DNA of 64,000 nucleotides from a bacterium (GTDB lineage Bacteria; Patescibacteriota; Minisyncoccia; Phycocordibacterales; Phycocordibacteraceae): NCBI GenBank assembly GCA_021811365.1, contig JAJZPB010000001.1:32312-96311 (forward strand), written 5' to 3'. Positions 1-9,299 of the stretch are shown here, piece by piece. How positions within the stretch are numbered: the stretch's first letter is position 1; the number at the start of each line of letters is the position of its first letter. The notes beneath the pieces were generated by a model that saw only the letters and a program-made list of their open reading frames with translations, had not been told where the DNA came from and made no database searches. The position numbers were made by a program, and so were the translations under genes.

Positions 1-50
1 ATTAAGGGCGAGGATCAGCGTTGCTGGCCCCGCCCCTTCGTCAAACGGTT

Positions 51-740
51 TTATCGCTCTTTCTTCATGCCTCCGGAGTTTCGTTCGCCGGATTTGCCAC
101 GCATGTCGTTACGAATCTGCCGGTCGCGAGCAGCGCGGGCAGCGAGCCGCTGAGCCCGAGCTGGCTTTGGGCCACCGCGCTGACCTTCCGTGCGCGTCAC
201 CGAAGTTGCAGTACCGAACGCACCAACCGGCGCCATCTTCTTTGTCGCGCCAGCCACACAGTGCTGGTTAAAGAACAGCGCGAGGGCTGGTGAGTGTCGG
301 AGGCCAGAGATGACGTGGGATTTGACCAGCGGCCTGATGTCGCCATCTTGTGCTGCGGCGATGAGCGGAGCGAGCGCTTTGTCGAGAACGGTCGATGATC
401 GCTTGCCGCCAATGGCAACCACGGCGGCGAGCTGGTGATAGTGCCAGTCCCGCAGCTTAACGGAAGCGTCGCCCTCAAGCGAACGCGCTTCCGTCAGGCC
501 GCGAAGCACTTGTACAATGCGCACGTCGGCTTGCTCCTCATTCGAAAGGCGAATCAGCTCGAGTTTGTCACCCTGACGGACAACCCTGCGCACACTGCCG
601 TCTTCGTAGCAGATATCAACGGCATCGCCATTCTTGGTGAATTGGACGAGCGTTTCGGTGCCGCCGTAGGCGACAACCTTACCACTCGAGACGCCTCGCC
701 GGAAGCGTTCCTTGAGATGGACGTGTCCCGGCAAGGGCAT
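51..740 (-). CDS. hypothetical protein
   Basis: Long ORF with a basic C-terminus. Start placed at the ATG at 740 because the longer ORF (to 893) runs into the IS200 element. Confidence 0.55.
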   Translation of the reverse strand: MPLPGHVHLKERFRRGVSSGKVVAYGGTETLVQFTKNGDAVDICYEDGSVRRVVRQGDKLELIRLSNEEQADVRIVQVLRGLTEARSLEGDASVKLRDWHYHQLAAVVAIGGKRSSTVLDKALAPLIAAAQDGDIRPLVKSHVISGLRHSPALALFFNQHCVAGATKKMAPVGAFGTATSVTRTEGQRGGPKPARAQRLAARAARDRQIRNDMRGKSGERNSGGMKKER

Positions 741-766
741 CTGCACGTCAATGTGCAGGTAGATTC

Positions 767-1327
767 GAAGCTTACCCCGCTGGCTTTGCCGCGGGGACCT
801 TGGAGGAAAGTCTGAAAACCCTCGGTTTTCAGGTATGCTTCCTGCATGGGCGTCATTCGAAGCAACCACTGCGCATACGATGCGCACTATCACCTCGTCT
901 TTCCGGTCAAATACCGCAGAGCTCTCCTAGAGCCACATATCAGCCGAGCAGTTCTGGATATCGCCAAGGATATCGAAGATCGGTACGACATCACGTTTGA
1001 AAAGATCGGCACCGATGGTGACCACATACACCTGCTCTGCTCTTTCCACCCAAAGTACTCTGGCTCTCAAATAGTCGGAAGGTTCAAAAGCATCACTGCG
1101 CGCGAACTGTTCAGGCGATTTCCAGAATTGCGGAAGAAACTGTGGGGCGGTGAATTCTGGAGCGACGGTTATTATTTAAATACAGTGTCGGAACGGGGAA
1201 ATTGGAAAACAGTCGAGCGCTATGTCGCCAACCAAGGAAAGTCGAGGGAGAAGTCTGTTCAGCTCACGCTCTGGCATTAGCCCATGCATCACGTCATACC
1301 TCGTCCGCTTGCGGCGGGGTTGTTGAT
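767..1327. mobile_element. IS200/IS605-family insertion sequence (tnpA only)
   Basis: Y1 transposase flanked by subterminal hairpins ccccgctggctttgccgcgggg (775-796) and cctcgtccgcttgcggcgggg (~1299-1319). Exact ends are approximate. Confidence 0.8.
846..1280 (+). CDS. tnpA: IS200-family HUH (Y1) transposase
   Basis: YHLVFPVKYRR, HUH motif DHIHLL, FWSDGYY, catalytic YVANQ. Confidence 0.95.
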   Translation: MGVIRSNHCAYDAHYHLVFPVKYRRALLEPHISRAVLDIAKDIEDRYDITFEKIGTDGDHIHLLCSFHPKYSGSQIVGRFKSITARELFRRFPELRKKLWGGEFWSDGYYLNTVSERGNWKTVERYVANQGKSREKSVQLTLWH

Positions 1328-1421
1328 TTAACGCCCGTTTGCCCCGCGGTTTGTACCAAGTCAGAACCACACGTAGGAATACTTACGCCGACTATTTCGC
1401 GGTAGTGAGGCGGTGGACAGT

Positions 1422-1979
1422 TTAACCGTTAAACGCTCCGGCGTGATTGCGCTGGCGCAATAACGACTTCTCTTTTGACCATTGCCACAGCGCTCGGTCG
1501 AGCATGCGCAGGTCAACGCGACTTTCCTTGGCTAGTTTCGAGCAGGCCTCAAGGTATTTAAGGTAGAAATCGACGGTTATCACAGCATTCGTGACGCCAA
1601 GGGCTTGAAGCGCACGAAAGTCGACGATGGTGAACCGTTCAGGGTAGATGGCGGTCACTATCGCGGAAGCCACGGGCACCTGCACGCCTGAGAGACCAGT
1701 GAGGACAGCGATGGCAGCGCGGTCGCTCTTCGCATCGAGAGCGAGCCGCAGAGTATCGGCGACTTCCTCTTCCTTGTTTTCCGCTAGCAGCGTACGTCTA
1801 CGACCACGCGTCTTCCATTCGCAGATGATGGCGAGGTTCTTGAAAGTGTATTGTCCTTTCCGTATGAGTTCTCCTGCCACTAGCGCGTCGGCCTCTCTTT
1901 TGTCGTAATACCTCGTCGCCAATGTCTTTATCTCCAAGGGAGAGAACTGGAGCCGGAAGAGAGGCGTTCTAATAGGCAT
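1422..1979 (-). CDS. helix-hairpin-helix DNA glycosylase-like protein
   Basis: HhH-like LTGLSGVQVPVASAI followed by IVDFRA and C-terminal LDRALW. Confidence 0.55.
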   Translation of the reverse strand: MPIRTPLFRLQFSPLEIKTLATRYYDKREADALVAGELIRKGQYTFKNLAIICEWKTRGRRRTLLAENKEEEVADTLRLALDAKSDRAAIAVLTGLSGVQVPVASAIVTAIYPERFTIVDFRALQALGVTNAVITVDFYLKYLEACSKLAKESRVDLRMLDRALWQWSKEKSLLRQRNHAGAFNG

Positions 1980-2273
1980 GAGGGGATGCTAGCACGCATC
2001 TGGGATGAGTAAACTGCCATTGCGTTCCCACTTAGCAGGCGCAAACACGGATTGACGAAAGGGGTAGATTTTTGAACTATTTCGCCAAACCGTTGACCAC
2101 GGACTCCACAAAAGTAACAAGAAACTCCTCGGTCACACAACGCAGTTTTCTGCGTTGGCAGAGACCATACAGTTCCTCGACAACAGAGTAAGGGAAGAAG
2201 CGCGTGTTGAGGACCCTGTCTCAAGGCGATTCCCACCAGTGGGGAGGTGGTAAATCAGAGAAAAGCGTACTCA

Positions 2274-2302
2274 TTGACATTTGTATAGTTGCGTGCTAGG
2301 AT
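2274..2302 (+). promoter_or_regulatory. sigma70-type promoter
   Basis: TTGACA-17 nt-TAGGAT with TG extension; GGAGG RBS at 2331 before the ATG at 2342. Confidence 0.55.
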
Positions 2303-2341
2303 ATCGGCAGTACAACAATCGAGCCATCACGGAGGAATCCC

Positions 2342-2833
2342 ATGCTCGCACGTTTGTTCTTTGCCTTCTCGCTGCTCGCTTCGGCTTTCGCCGGCACCGC
2401 GCTCGCGCAAAATACGGTGTCGCCGCCGATGCCCGCGCCCTGGTATGACCATGGGTATACGGGCACGGTGCCGACCACGCTCAAGGCGGCCACCGCGGAC
2501 GAGCGCGCGTTCCTCGGTGCGGACAACGTTGGGTGGCACATGCGCGGCCCCGAGGATGTTTGTGCAGCAATGCACAGCGTCCACCTGGCCTGCGACTACA
2601 ACACCCGCGTCGTCCTGGTGAACTTCCTGAACTACTATGGGAAGGACATCATGCACGGCACGAACCCGTATGTGAACGACCTGCGTAAGCGGGGGGACTG
2701 GTGGTCGTCGGACTTCGATATCTTCATCGGAGAACCGAATCAGAACCACCTGCTCGCTGTCGCCATCCAGCGCAACGAGCGCCTGTTCCATGACGGGAAC
2801 CTGACCGCGGCGGCGGTGAAGCATTGGCGCTAG
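2342..2833 (+). CDS. secreted hypothetical protein
   Basis: Signal peptide ending ALA-Q, RBS GGAGG, strong GC3 codon bias. Confidence 0.75.
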   Translation: MLARLFFAFSLLASAFAGTALAQNTVSPPMPAPWYDHGYTGTVPTTLKAATADERAFLGADNVGWHMRGPEDVCAAMHSVHLACDYNTRVVLVNFLNYYGKDIMHGTNPYVNDLRKRGDWWSSDFDIFIGEPNQNHLLAVAIQRNERLFHDGNLTAAAVKHWR

Positions 2834-2989
2834 GAGGAGCGCACAATAACGGGCGACAAGGGACGGCTTACGCTGTCCCTTTTGCTTTGGCACACATTAG
2901 TGAAGTTGCGCGGTATCCACTGGTGCTGCGAAAACACACCTACTTGATTGCCGTTCACAAACCCTCCCTCCTCCCATACATTCACTCCA

Positions 2990-3322
2990 ATGAAGCAAGG
3001 CCACCGCTCAGGCGGCAAGTACGTTTCCAATCACACAACGGTCATTCCTGCAGCAGGAGAACTGTCTGACATAGCAGACCGACAATCAGAAGTAACAAAA
3101 ATATCACTCGACTTCATCAAGGCTGGTCTCCCATCTCTATCAGGGAAGCGTCGTGCCAAGCTCACGGAGCGACAGGGCAATCTATTACTCATGATACGGG
3201 ACAACTCCTCGATGCAGGAAGTCGTGGTGTACACATCCGATCCTTCCAAGACGAAGCGCGCGCTTTATCGGGATGGCAAGAAAGCCAGTATCGAAGTGTC
3301 GTTCGTGAAGCTGGAGAAGTGA
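2990..3322 (+). CDS. DUF2103-like protein
   Basis: GGKYVSNHTTVI ... QEVVVYT pattern recalled for DUF2103. Confidence 0.55.
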   Translation: MKQGHRSGGKYVSNHTTVIPAAGELSDIADRQSEVTKISLDFIKAGLPSLSGKRRAKLTERQGNLLLMIRDNSSMQEVVVYTSDPSKTKRALYRDGKKASIEVSFVKLEK

Positions 3323-3506
3323 GGCTCACTTAGGAGAACCCTTTTGCCCACCCTTCGCGTCTCGCTTCTTGCGTTTCGGTCGACAGACGGGGCACGAACC
3401 GCTGCCACGATACTGGTGTCCTTTGCTCCACATGCTGCACGAAGTCAGAACCTGTGGGCTATGAAAGTTGAAGACCTACCGCAGGACCTCGACTCGGTGC
3501 TGCGTC

Positions 3507-3962
3507 CTATGGGAACGTCTTGATCAAAAGCATTCCAGGACAGTCGTCATCAGGATCGTTGATGGTGCCGTGCTGAACAAAACCGAGGTGCTCATAGAAT
3601 TTCCAAGAATTGCTGTGCGTACCTGGGCTGTAGCATTGGATCTCCGTAAACGACTCACGCTTCGCGCTCTCTTCAATCTTCGCTATGAGGGCGCTGCCTA
3701 CGCCTTCCCCGCTATGTTTTGATGCCACTATGTACAGTTCTGCGGGTTTTTTCGTCTTCGCGTGCGCCTTAAGATATTCTGGTGCGTCTCTATAGCCCGC
3801 AACGCCTACCACCTCGCCCTCTTTCTCCGCAATATAATAACGTCCATTGCGCGTATCAATGTTGTGCGAAAGCTCATTTAAAAATTCGTTGTCATTCCAG
3901 TATTGAGCAAAAATTTTTTCCACGCTTTCCTTGTCTGCGTCTTCGTATTCTCGGATTTTCAT
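3507..3962 (-). CDS. GNAT-family N-acetyltransferase
   Basis: MKIRE start, HSGEGVGSAL acetyl-CoA motif A, FYEHLGF. Confidence 0.9.
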   Translation of the reverse strand: MKIREYEDADKESVEKIFAQYWNDNEFLNELSHNIDTRNGRYYIAEKEGEVVGVAGYRDAPEYLKAHAKTKKPAELYIVASKHSGEGVGSALIAKIEESAKRESFTEIQCYSPGTHSNSWKFYEHLGFVQHGTINDPDDDCPGMLLIKTFP

Positions 3963-4079
3963 ATTCTAAATTATATCGTGTGCGGTATTTCAAATAGTAC
4001 AGTGCCGCGGGGTTGCCCCCGCGGCACCAATCCATCAATAGATGGTCGTCAGACCAGCGCGCGGCATGCCTCGAGCAAG

Positions 4080-4274
4080 ATGGCCGACAGGGAGACTTCG
4101 GCGGCCATGAAGAGGGTCCGGTCCAACCCGCAGGAACTGAAGAAGGCAAGCAGTGAACTCAAGAGCAACTGGGAGAAAATAAAGAACGAAGCAGGGAAAT
4201 CCAAAAAGCGGGTAGGGAAGCCAGTAAAGAAAGCCGCTATGAAGGTAACCGCAAAGCGGGGGCATAAAAAGTAG
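4080..4274 (+). CDS. small lysine-rich hypothetical protein
   Basis: ORF MADRETSAAM...KRGHKK ending just before a repeat copy. Confidence 0.45.
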   Translation: MADRETSAAMKRVRSNPQELKKASSELKSNWEKIKNEAGKSKKRVGKPVKKAAMKVTAKRGHKK

Positions 4275-4630
4275 TCGAAGGGCAATCTTGTTTGCGCCCT
4301 TGGCTGGACACGTTCAGAACTCTGGACTGCCCACAGATCGAGAGGGAACTGGAGGATGTGGGCTTTGTATAAAACGAAAACCGCTCCTTCATCGCAAGAC
4401 GAAGGTTTGGTTTTCGTCTTGCAGAAGAGGTCGTCAACAGTTCGTGTGTGAGGCCCCTCGCACTTATGGCGCTATAGTCGTGCGCGACGACCAGGAGGGC
4501 ATTGGGGGTGGTCCTTGACCCGATAGGTGGGCTGGACGGTTTGGCACGCGGGGCACAGCTCACGTATGTAGTCGCCTACGCAGAATGAAATAGCCGTCCT
4601 TGTGGAAGGGACGGCTATGCCAGAATGAGT

Positions 4631-5233
4631 TCACAAGATCGGAATAACTGCCGATGCTGTTATGCGCCATGAGGCACCGCGCCAGACAGATAGCAGATAT
4701 TCCTCGCTCCAAGCCGCATTTCCTATCGCTAGAACTGGAGAGTATGCCCTCACGTTGGGTATCCTGTCGTCCATTACAAAGTAAAGGCCATCTTCAAAAC
4801 CTGCGATGACCACAATATGTGCCGCGACGGTTGCTGTTGGATTCGTCCGTACCCAGATCGCAATAGGTTTATCGGCATTGCGCCTGAGAAACTCCAGACG
4901 GTCCGCGAGCGAAACCCGATGAATTTCCGTCAGGATTCCAAATTCACCCAACCCAGCTTTCATCATTTTGGGAAATTCAGGGTGGAACAATTGCCAAGCG
5001 AGTCCACGACGCGGAATTAAATCTACAGGTTTGCCCAACCGTGTGGCCACGAACCTTTCGCAATCCTCTCCGCAGAACGGTGGGTGGCGTAGAACAAAAT
5101 CAGGAACTTTGCCGAGTTTTACCAACAGAACCTCCTGCTGTCGCAGTTGCCCATTACTACAGTAACGTATAACCTGTATGCTGTCAAGGTTTGGCTCGGT
5201 ACATTCAACCTCCAAGTGCAACGCCCACCTCAC
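4631..5233 (-). CDS. putative C39-like cysteine peptidase (start uncertain)
   Basis: FCGEDC ... AHIVVIAGF ... YFVMDD spacing resembles the Cys-His-Asp triad of papain/C39-like proteins. Confidence 0.45.
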   Translation of the reverse strand: MRWALHLEVECTEPNLDSIQVIRYCSNGQLRQQEVLLVKLGKVPDFVLRHPPFCGEDCERFVATRLGKPVDLIPRRGLAWQLFHPEFPKMMKAGLGEFGILTEIHRVSLADRLEFLRRNADKPIAIWVRTNPTATVAAHIVVIAGFEDGLYFVMDDRIPNVRAYSPVLAIGNAAWSEEYLLSVWRGASWRITASAVIPIL

Positions 5234-5529
5234 GCAAGTTCGAATCCCACCAGCCCGGCGGGAAGCATCTTGCTGGGTAGGGAAGTAGGAGTATATAGCT
5301 GTTCGTTTGCTCTCAGACCATATCGTTAATATAACTTCGGCATAAAACAGAAGACCGCCTCACCGAGACGACCCGGTGGGCGATCTCTGTGTGAAGGCGG
5401 TAAGGCCGAAGCTCAGATCGCTTGAGAATTCGAAGGCCGAGCGTTTGCTGTCCTCCCAAGCCTCAAGATGCTGTCGGCTTTTGCAACTTTGTCTGGCGTA
5501 GGGCCAAGCTGTGCAGCGGTCCTGTCTCG

Positions 5530-5718
5530 TTATTCGCATTTCGCTTGAACAAAACCCCGCATGAACGCGGCGTGCTCGGCGCGGTGTAGGGTGTGTTTTG
5601 GCTCTCTGTCAATGAAGGCTGGAAGTGCGGCGACATACACCCCTTGGCTTACGTATATCGCCAGTCGATGTCGCATGCGTCGTTGACGCCACCGACGGAC
5701 CCATCCGGCTATTGACAT
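5530..5718 (-). CDS. small hypothetical protein
   Basis: ORF with AGAGGAG RBS upstream; lies between repeats at 5309 and 5791. Confidence 0.5.
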   Translation of the reverse strand: MSIAGWVRRWRQRRMRHRLAIYVSQGVYVAALPAFIDREPKHTLHRAEHAAFMRGFVQAKCE

Positions 5719-5919
5719 GGTGAGTGTCTCCTCTGCTGTCTAAGCATAGTGTGCCACAAAGGGCACCAGGATTCCACGATTCAAGAACATTTTCCCCGTA
5801 CTGGACACGTTCAAAACTTTGAACTGGCCACCAGCGGAGTGTCTATGCTTGTATAATGAAGAAAAACCGCCACTCCGTCGCGAGACGAAGCTTTGGTTTT
5901 TCGTCTCGCCGAGAGGCGG

Positions 5920-6375
5920 TTAGTTGGTGCTGCCTGTCGTTGCGAGCACTTGTTTCCTATGTTTTTCCAGCAGAAACGTCAGAAGCATGTGCCCCTTCAA
6001 TCCCGAGAGATTGTTGGACGGTACGGGTTCGATCGGACCGATTGTCTCGCAGAGCACTTTTTTCATCTGCTCGACACAGTCCGACCCGCTTCCCTTAGCC
6101 ACCTTGGCCATGAACCCCACTCCCGCGAGCAGGAACCAGCCAGTGTGAACGATCGGCCCCATCTTTTCGCAGAGAGAGGCCACGCCGTCTCCTTGCGATG
6201 ATTTTACATGCGCCAGCCACCCTGAGGTTTCGACGTCACCACTCCATTCAACATACGCCCCCTCATGTTCCCCGAGTGGGAAGCGATACATGGGATCGGT
6301 TACCGCAAACACCACTTCGTCGTGGTGATCGTGGGGTATCACCCCATGCGTGAGCAAAATCGGAAAGTCCTTCAT
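5920..6375 (-). CDS. hypothetical protein
   Basis: ORF from MKDFPILL with GGAGGG RBS; fills the cassette between repeats at 5791 and 6443. Confidence 0.6.
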   Translation of the reverse strand: MKDFPILLTHGVIPHDHHDEVVFAVTDPMYRFPLGEHEGAYVEWSGDVETSGWLAHVKSSQGDGVASLCEKMGPIVHTGWFLLAGVGFMAKVAKGSGSDCVEQMKKVLCETIGPIEPVPSNNLSGLKGHMLLTFLLEKHRKQVLATTGSTN

Positions 6376-6582
6376 TGCGATACCCTCCAGGAAGGTGAAC
6401 AACCAGCTGGACAATGAATACCACGACATTTCATCTTTGTCAGCTCCCCATTGTGGCCAAGTTCAGAACTCTGAACTGGGCGCAGGTTGAGAGGGAAGTG
6501 GAGGTGGTGGGGTTTGTATAAAATGAAAACCGCCCCTTCGCACGAAACGAAGGGTTGGTTTTCGTTTCGTTGAGTGAGGCGA

Positions 6583-6813
6583 TTATACGCTGATGACTTC
6601 GCCGCGAGGGCCGTACACCATGACCATGGCCATGAACATCGTCATGCCGCAGCTCGTGTGACTGGTCGACGCGATTGCGGCTGCGGCACCATTGAAGCCA
6701 GCTTCCGTCAGGCGTCTCCTAATATCATCCTCCGACTTGGAAGATGCGACGATGCGTTTGGCGACCGTTTCTGCTTCGTCGGTCGTCATTTCGTTGAAGG
6801 GTTTTTGGGACAT
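6583..6813 (-). CDS. small hypothetical protein
   Basis: ORF with upstream TTGACA (6907-6912, minus strand) and a downstream hairpin. Confidence 0.55.
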   Translation of the reverse strand: MSQKPFNEMTTDEAETVAKRIVASSKSEDDIRRRLTEAGFNGAAAAIASTSHTSCGMTMFMAMVMVYGPRGEVISV

Positions 6814-6981
6814 CGTTCTAGCGTCCTTCCGGGCGAGGTAGAATTAAGGGACGAAGCGGACGGACTGCCCGCATCTGATTGTTTATGTAGCACGACAGAA
6901 TACATTTGTCAAGTTTGCTCCCCATGTTGCACGAAGTAAGAACCTATGCACCTGCGATTTAAACAAATAAAGAACCGCCCT

Positions 6982-7410
6982 TCACGGGCGGCTCCAGCCG
7001 AGACGTAGCCTTGCTAGTTCGCGCACTTCCTTCAGGTCTTTTTGTCCCTCTCTGGGGTATTTTGCAAATTCCTCCAGCAGGTCCTGTGGACATACGGGAT
7101 TGTTTACAAGCGCCATGCAGATGTACCAGTGGCGCTCGGTCGCGACTTCACGATGCTGGTCGAGCGTCACACGGACGCTTGCGGCAACGGCTTGACGCAG
7201 TACCCAATTCGAGGACCGTAACGCCTTGGTGGCAAGTTCTTGTATAAAGGCATCCGGAATGGCGGGAGAAGTATTACCGATGACGCTCGCGCGTACTGCG
7301 TCGTCCGGATCGCAGCCCAGTTTGCGGAGCTCGTCGCCAGGCGTATGGACGCTCGACGCTCTCCTCACTCGCTCGTATCGAGTCCCGTCTGACTTATCTG
7401 CGTAGCTCAT
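6982..7410 (-). CDS. HEAT/leucine-rich-variant repeat protein
   Basis: Repeating DPDDAVRASVIGN / NWVLRQAVAAS / ICMALVNNP units. Confidence 0.55.
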   Translation of the reverse strand: MSYADKSDGTRYERVRRASSVHTPGDELRKLGCDPDDAVRASVIGNTSPAIPDAFIQELATKALRSSNWVLRQAVAASVRVTLDQHREVATERHWYICMALVNNPVCPQDLLEEFAKYPREGQKDLKEVRELARLRLGWSRP

Positions 7411-7651
7411 AGTACATTGCCTCGCTTTTCAGGCCGCGTTTGCGGCCAGCTTCCTTCTCTTTGTGATCCAGGTAGATGACCCGCTCGGAGTCCACAACAC
7501 TGAACCCTGGGCAGTTCCGGAGGGACACAGTTCTTTTCTTTCTTCCCTCGAGCGTCCCGTACGACTGGGGTGATGCTATACGCCCGGCTCGGCATTTCTG
7601 CTTGCGGTGCTCTATGGCGGAGCGACCGCAGTGCTGGCACAGTTCATTCAT
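7394..7651 (-). CDS. small Cys-containing hypothetical protein
   Basis: CQHC...C...C; GGAG RBS; overlaps the start of the next gene. Confidence 0.45.
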   Translation of the reverse strand: MNELCQHCGRSAIEHRKQKCRAGRIASPQSYGTLEGRKKRTVSLRNCPGFSVVDSERVIYLDHKEKEAGRKRGLKSEAMYYELRR

Positions 7652-7790
7652 GGGTCTACTCCACAGTTTCCTACCGAAACCTAGCTAAACGGAGGAGAGG
7701 AGTCAATGCCAAGCCGCTAGTCGGACATGAAGGCAATAAAACAGTAGACCGCCCTCACCGAGACGAACCCAGTGAGGGGCTGGTCTTCGG

Positions 7791-8066
7791 TCAGGCGGGT
7801 TCCAGTTTGAAGTGCTGCTCGGGCTTCGTATCGTCGGCGGGCCAGATGACGCCATATCCGCGCTCTTTCCACCACGCATTGGCGAGTGGCGTTACGTGGC
7901 GTGCCCATTCGGCAACGCGCACGTCGACTTCCGCACGCTCATCTGGGCACATGAGTTCGAGCACCTTCTTGGAGGTCACCCGCTTCGTTTCGAGCCAGGC
8001 CGTTCTCAGTTGTTCAATGTAGGCGCGGTAGTCCGGGCATAGTTGCTCAAAAGCCGTTTGGTCCAT
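7791..8066 (-). CDS. hypothetical protein
   Basis: Clean ORF followed by a hairpin at ~7747-7788. Confidence 0.55.
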   Translation of the reverse strand: MDQTAFEQLCPDYRAYIEQLRTAWLETKRVTSKKVLELMCPDERAEVDVRVAEWARHVTPLANAWWKERGYGVIWPADDTKPEQHFKLEPA

Positions 8067-8153
8067 CGTCTAGTGCAAGCCAAATGTGATAGACTGCCGG
8101 TTGGAGCATCTGCACTGCGCAGAAGCGCGTCATACAATGGAAAGGGCAGCAGC

Positions 8154-8855
8154 ATGTTGATTTATGCGCCTCCGGAACTTGCGGCGCGTGCCTCGCGCCT
8201 TGTCGCTGAAACTGGTGTGGCTATGGTAGATCCAGACGGGTGGTTTACTTACACGGGAGGGATTCGCAGTCCGGTGTACCTGCAAATCCGTGACCTGACT
8301 AAATATGCGCCACAATGGATGGAAGTTGTGCGGTGCATGGCGGAGTTCATCCGATGGGCGATGACTGACGCTGTTAGCGGAAGTCAGCGCATACCGGAGC
8401 CGATGAAAGGGGTGTACGGAGTTCCTGAAGGGGCAACGCTCCTTTCCGGTGCACTTGCGTACGAGCTTGGAGTAGGTGCCATACGTATCCATCAAGAAAG
8501 GAAAGCGTATGGCATAGGGCAGACTTTATTCGGTATCCGCCCCTTCGAACAAGCTTGTGTCCTTGAAGACACGAGCTCCACCGGTACAGCTGTTGTCGCA
8601 AAGGGTGTTGCGCCACTCCGAGCATGTGGGGTGCGCGTTGAACACGCATTTCTCTTCGCTTCTCATGGCCTCGGAGTTGCCGAAACATTTGAGAGATGCG
8701 GGGTCACCGGCTTCTGTCTGTGCCGATCAGAGGATATATTTGGCCATGTTCTTGAACGCTCACAACACGACGAGCGAACACGGAGAATCGTCAGAGCATG
8801 GTTCGAAGACCCTGAGACTGCCTCGAACGCCTACGTCGTCTCGCATCCAGCGTAG
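8154..8855 (+). CDS. orotate phosphoribosyltransferase-like protein (divergent)
   Basis: FTYTGGIRSPVYLQIRDL, RKAYG, PRPP-binding VLEDTSSTGTA. Confidence 0.7.
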   Translation: MLIYAPPELAARASRLVAETGVAMVDPDGWFTYTGGIRSPVYLQIRDLTKYAPQWMEVVRCMAEFIRWAMTDAVSGSQRIPEPMKGVYGVPEGATLLSGALAYELGVGAIRIHQERKAYGIGQTLFGIRPFEQACVLEDTSSTGTAVVAKGVAPLRACGVRVEHAFLFASHGLGVAETFERCGVTGFCLCRSEDIFGHVLERSQHDERTRRIVRAWFEDPETASNAYVVSHPA

Positions 8856-9029
8856 TGGGAGGAAACGCTTGTTCGAAAATACGCCGCATCTACTCGACCT
8901 ACATTGAGAGCGCCGTTTCCACGGCGTGATTACCCCAATCACGCTGTGCTTTTTATCCCATCCATGCGAGGCATTGTACCGACGCAGACGAAAGCTATTT
9001 TGTAGCGGCAGAGACAGTGTTAAACCTCG

Positions 9030-9205
9030 GTTAAACCTCGCAAAGCGAGCCCTCGAGATCTTCGAGAGTTCGGAAGTGCTCGAGAAACGAGCCCTTCTCA
9101 ACGTCTTATTTCAGAGCTCGGTTGTGGACGGAAAAACCCAGTGTTTGCACTGCGTCCTCCCTTTGACACTATCCTCACCTTGACTAAACAACCTACTCTG
9201 CCCCA
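9030..9205 (+). pseudogene. C-terminal remnant of a site-specific (large serine) recombinase
   Basis: LNLAKRALEIFESSEVLEKRALLN..DGK, then a frameshift into LRPPFDTILTLTKQPTL, ending on the repeat at 9199. Family assignment is from recall. Confidence 0.55.
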
Positions 9206-9299
9206 GGCCATATCGTTAATATAACTGTGGTGTAAAAAAGAAGGTCTTCTCGCCGTTGCTTGTGACGAGAAGACCAACGCAGGTTCTAGGTGTGCGAAC

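Noticed and set aside
1328-1370. N-terminal fragment (MVLTWYKPRGKRAL) that would rejoin the 51-740 gene in frame if the IS were removed
   Set aside because: The frames do match, but the fragment is mostly the reverse complement of the att-like repeat at 1341 and has no RBS, so it is probably coincidental.
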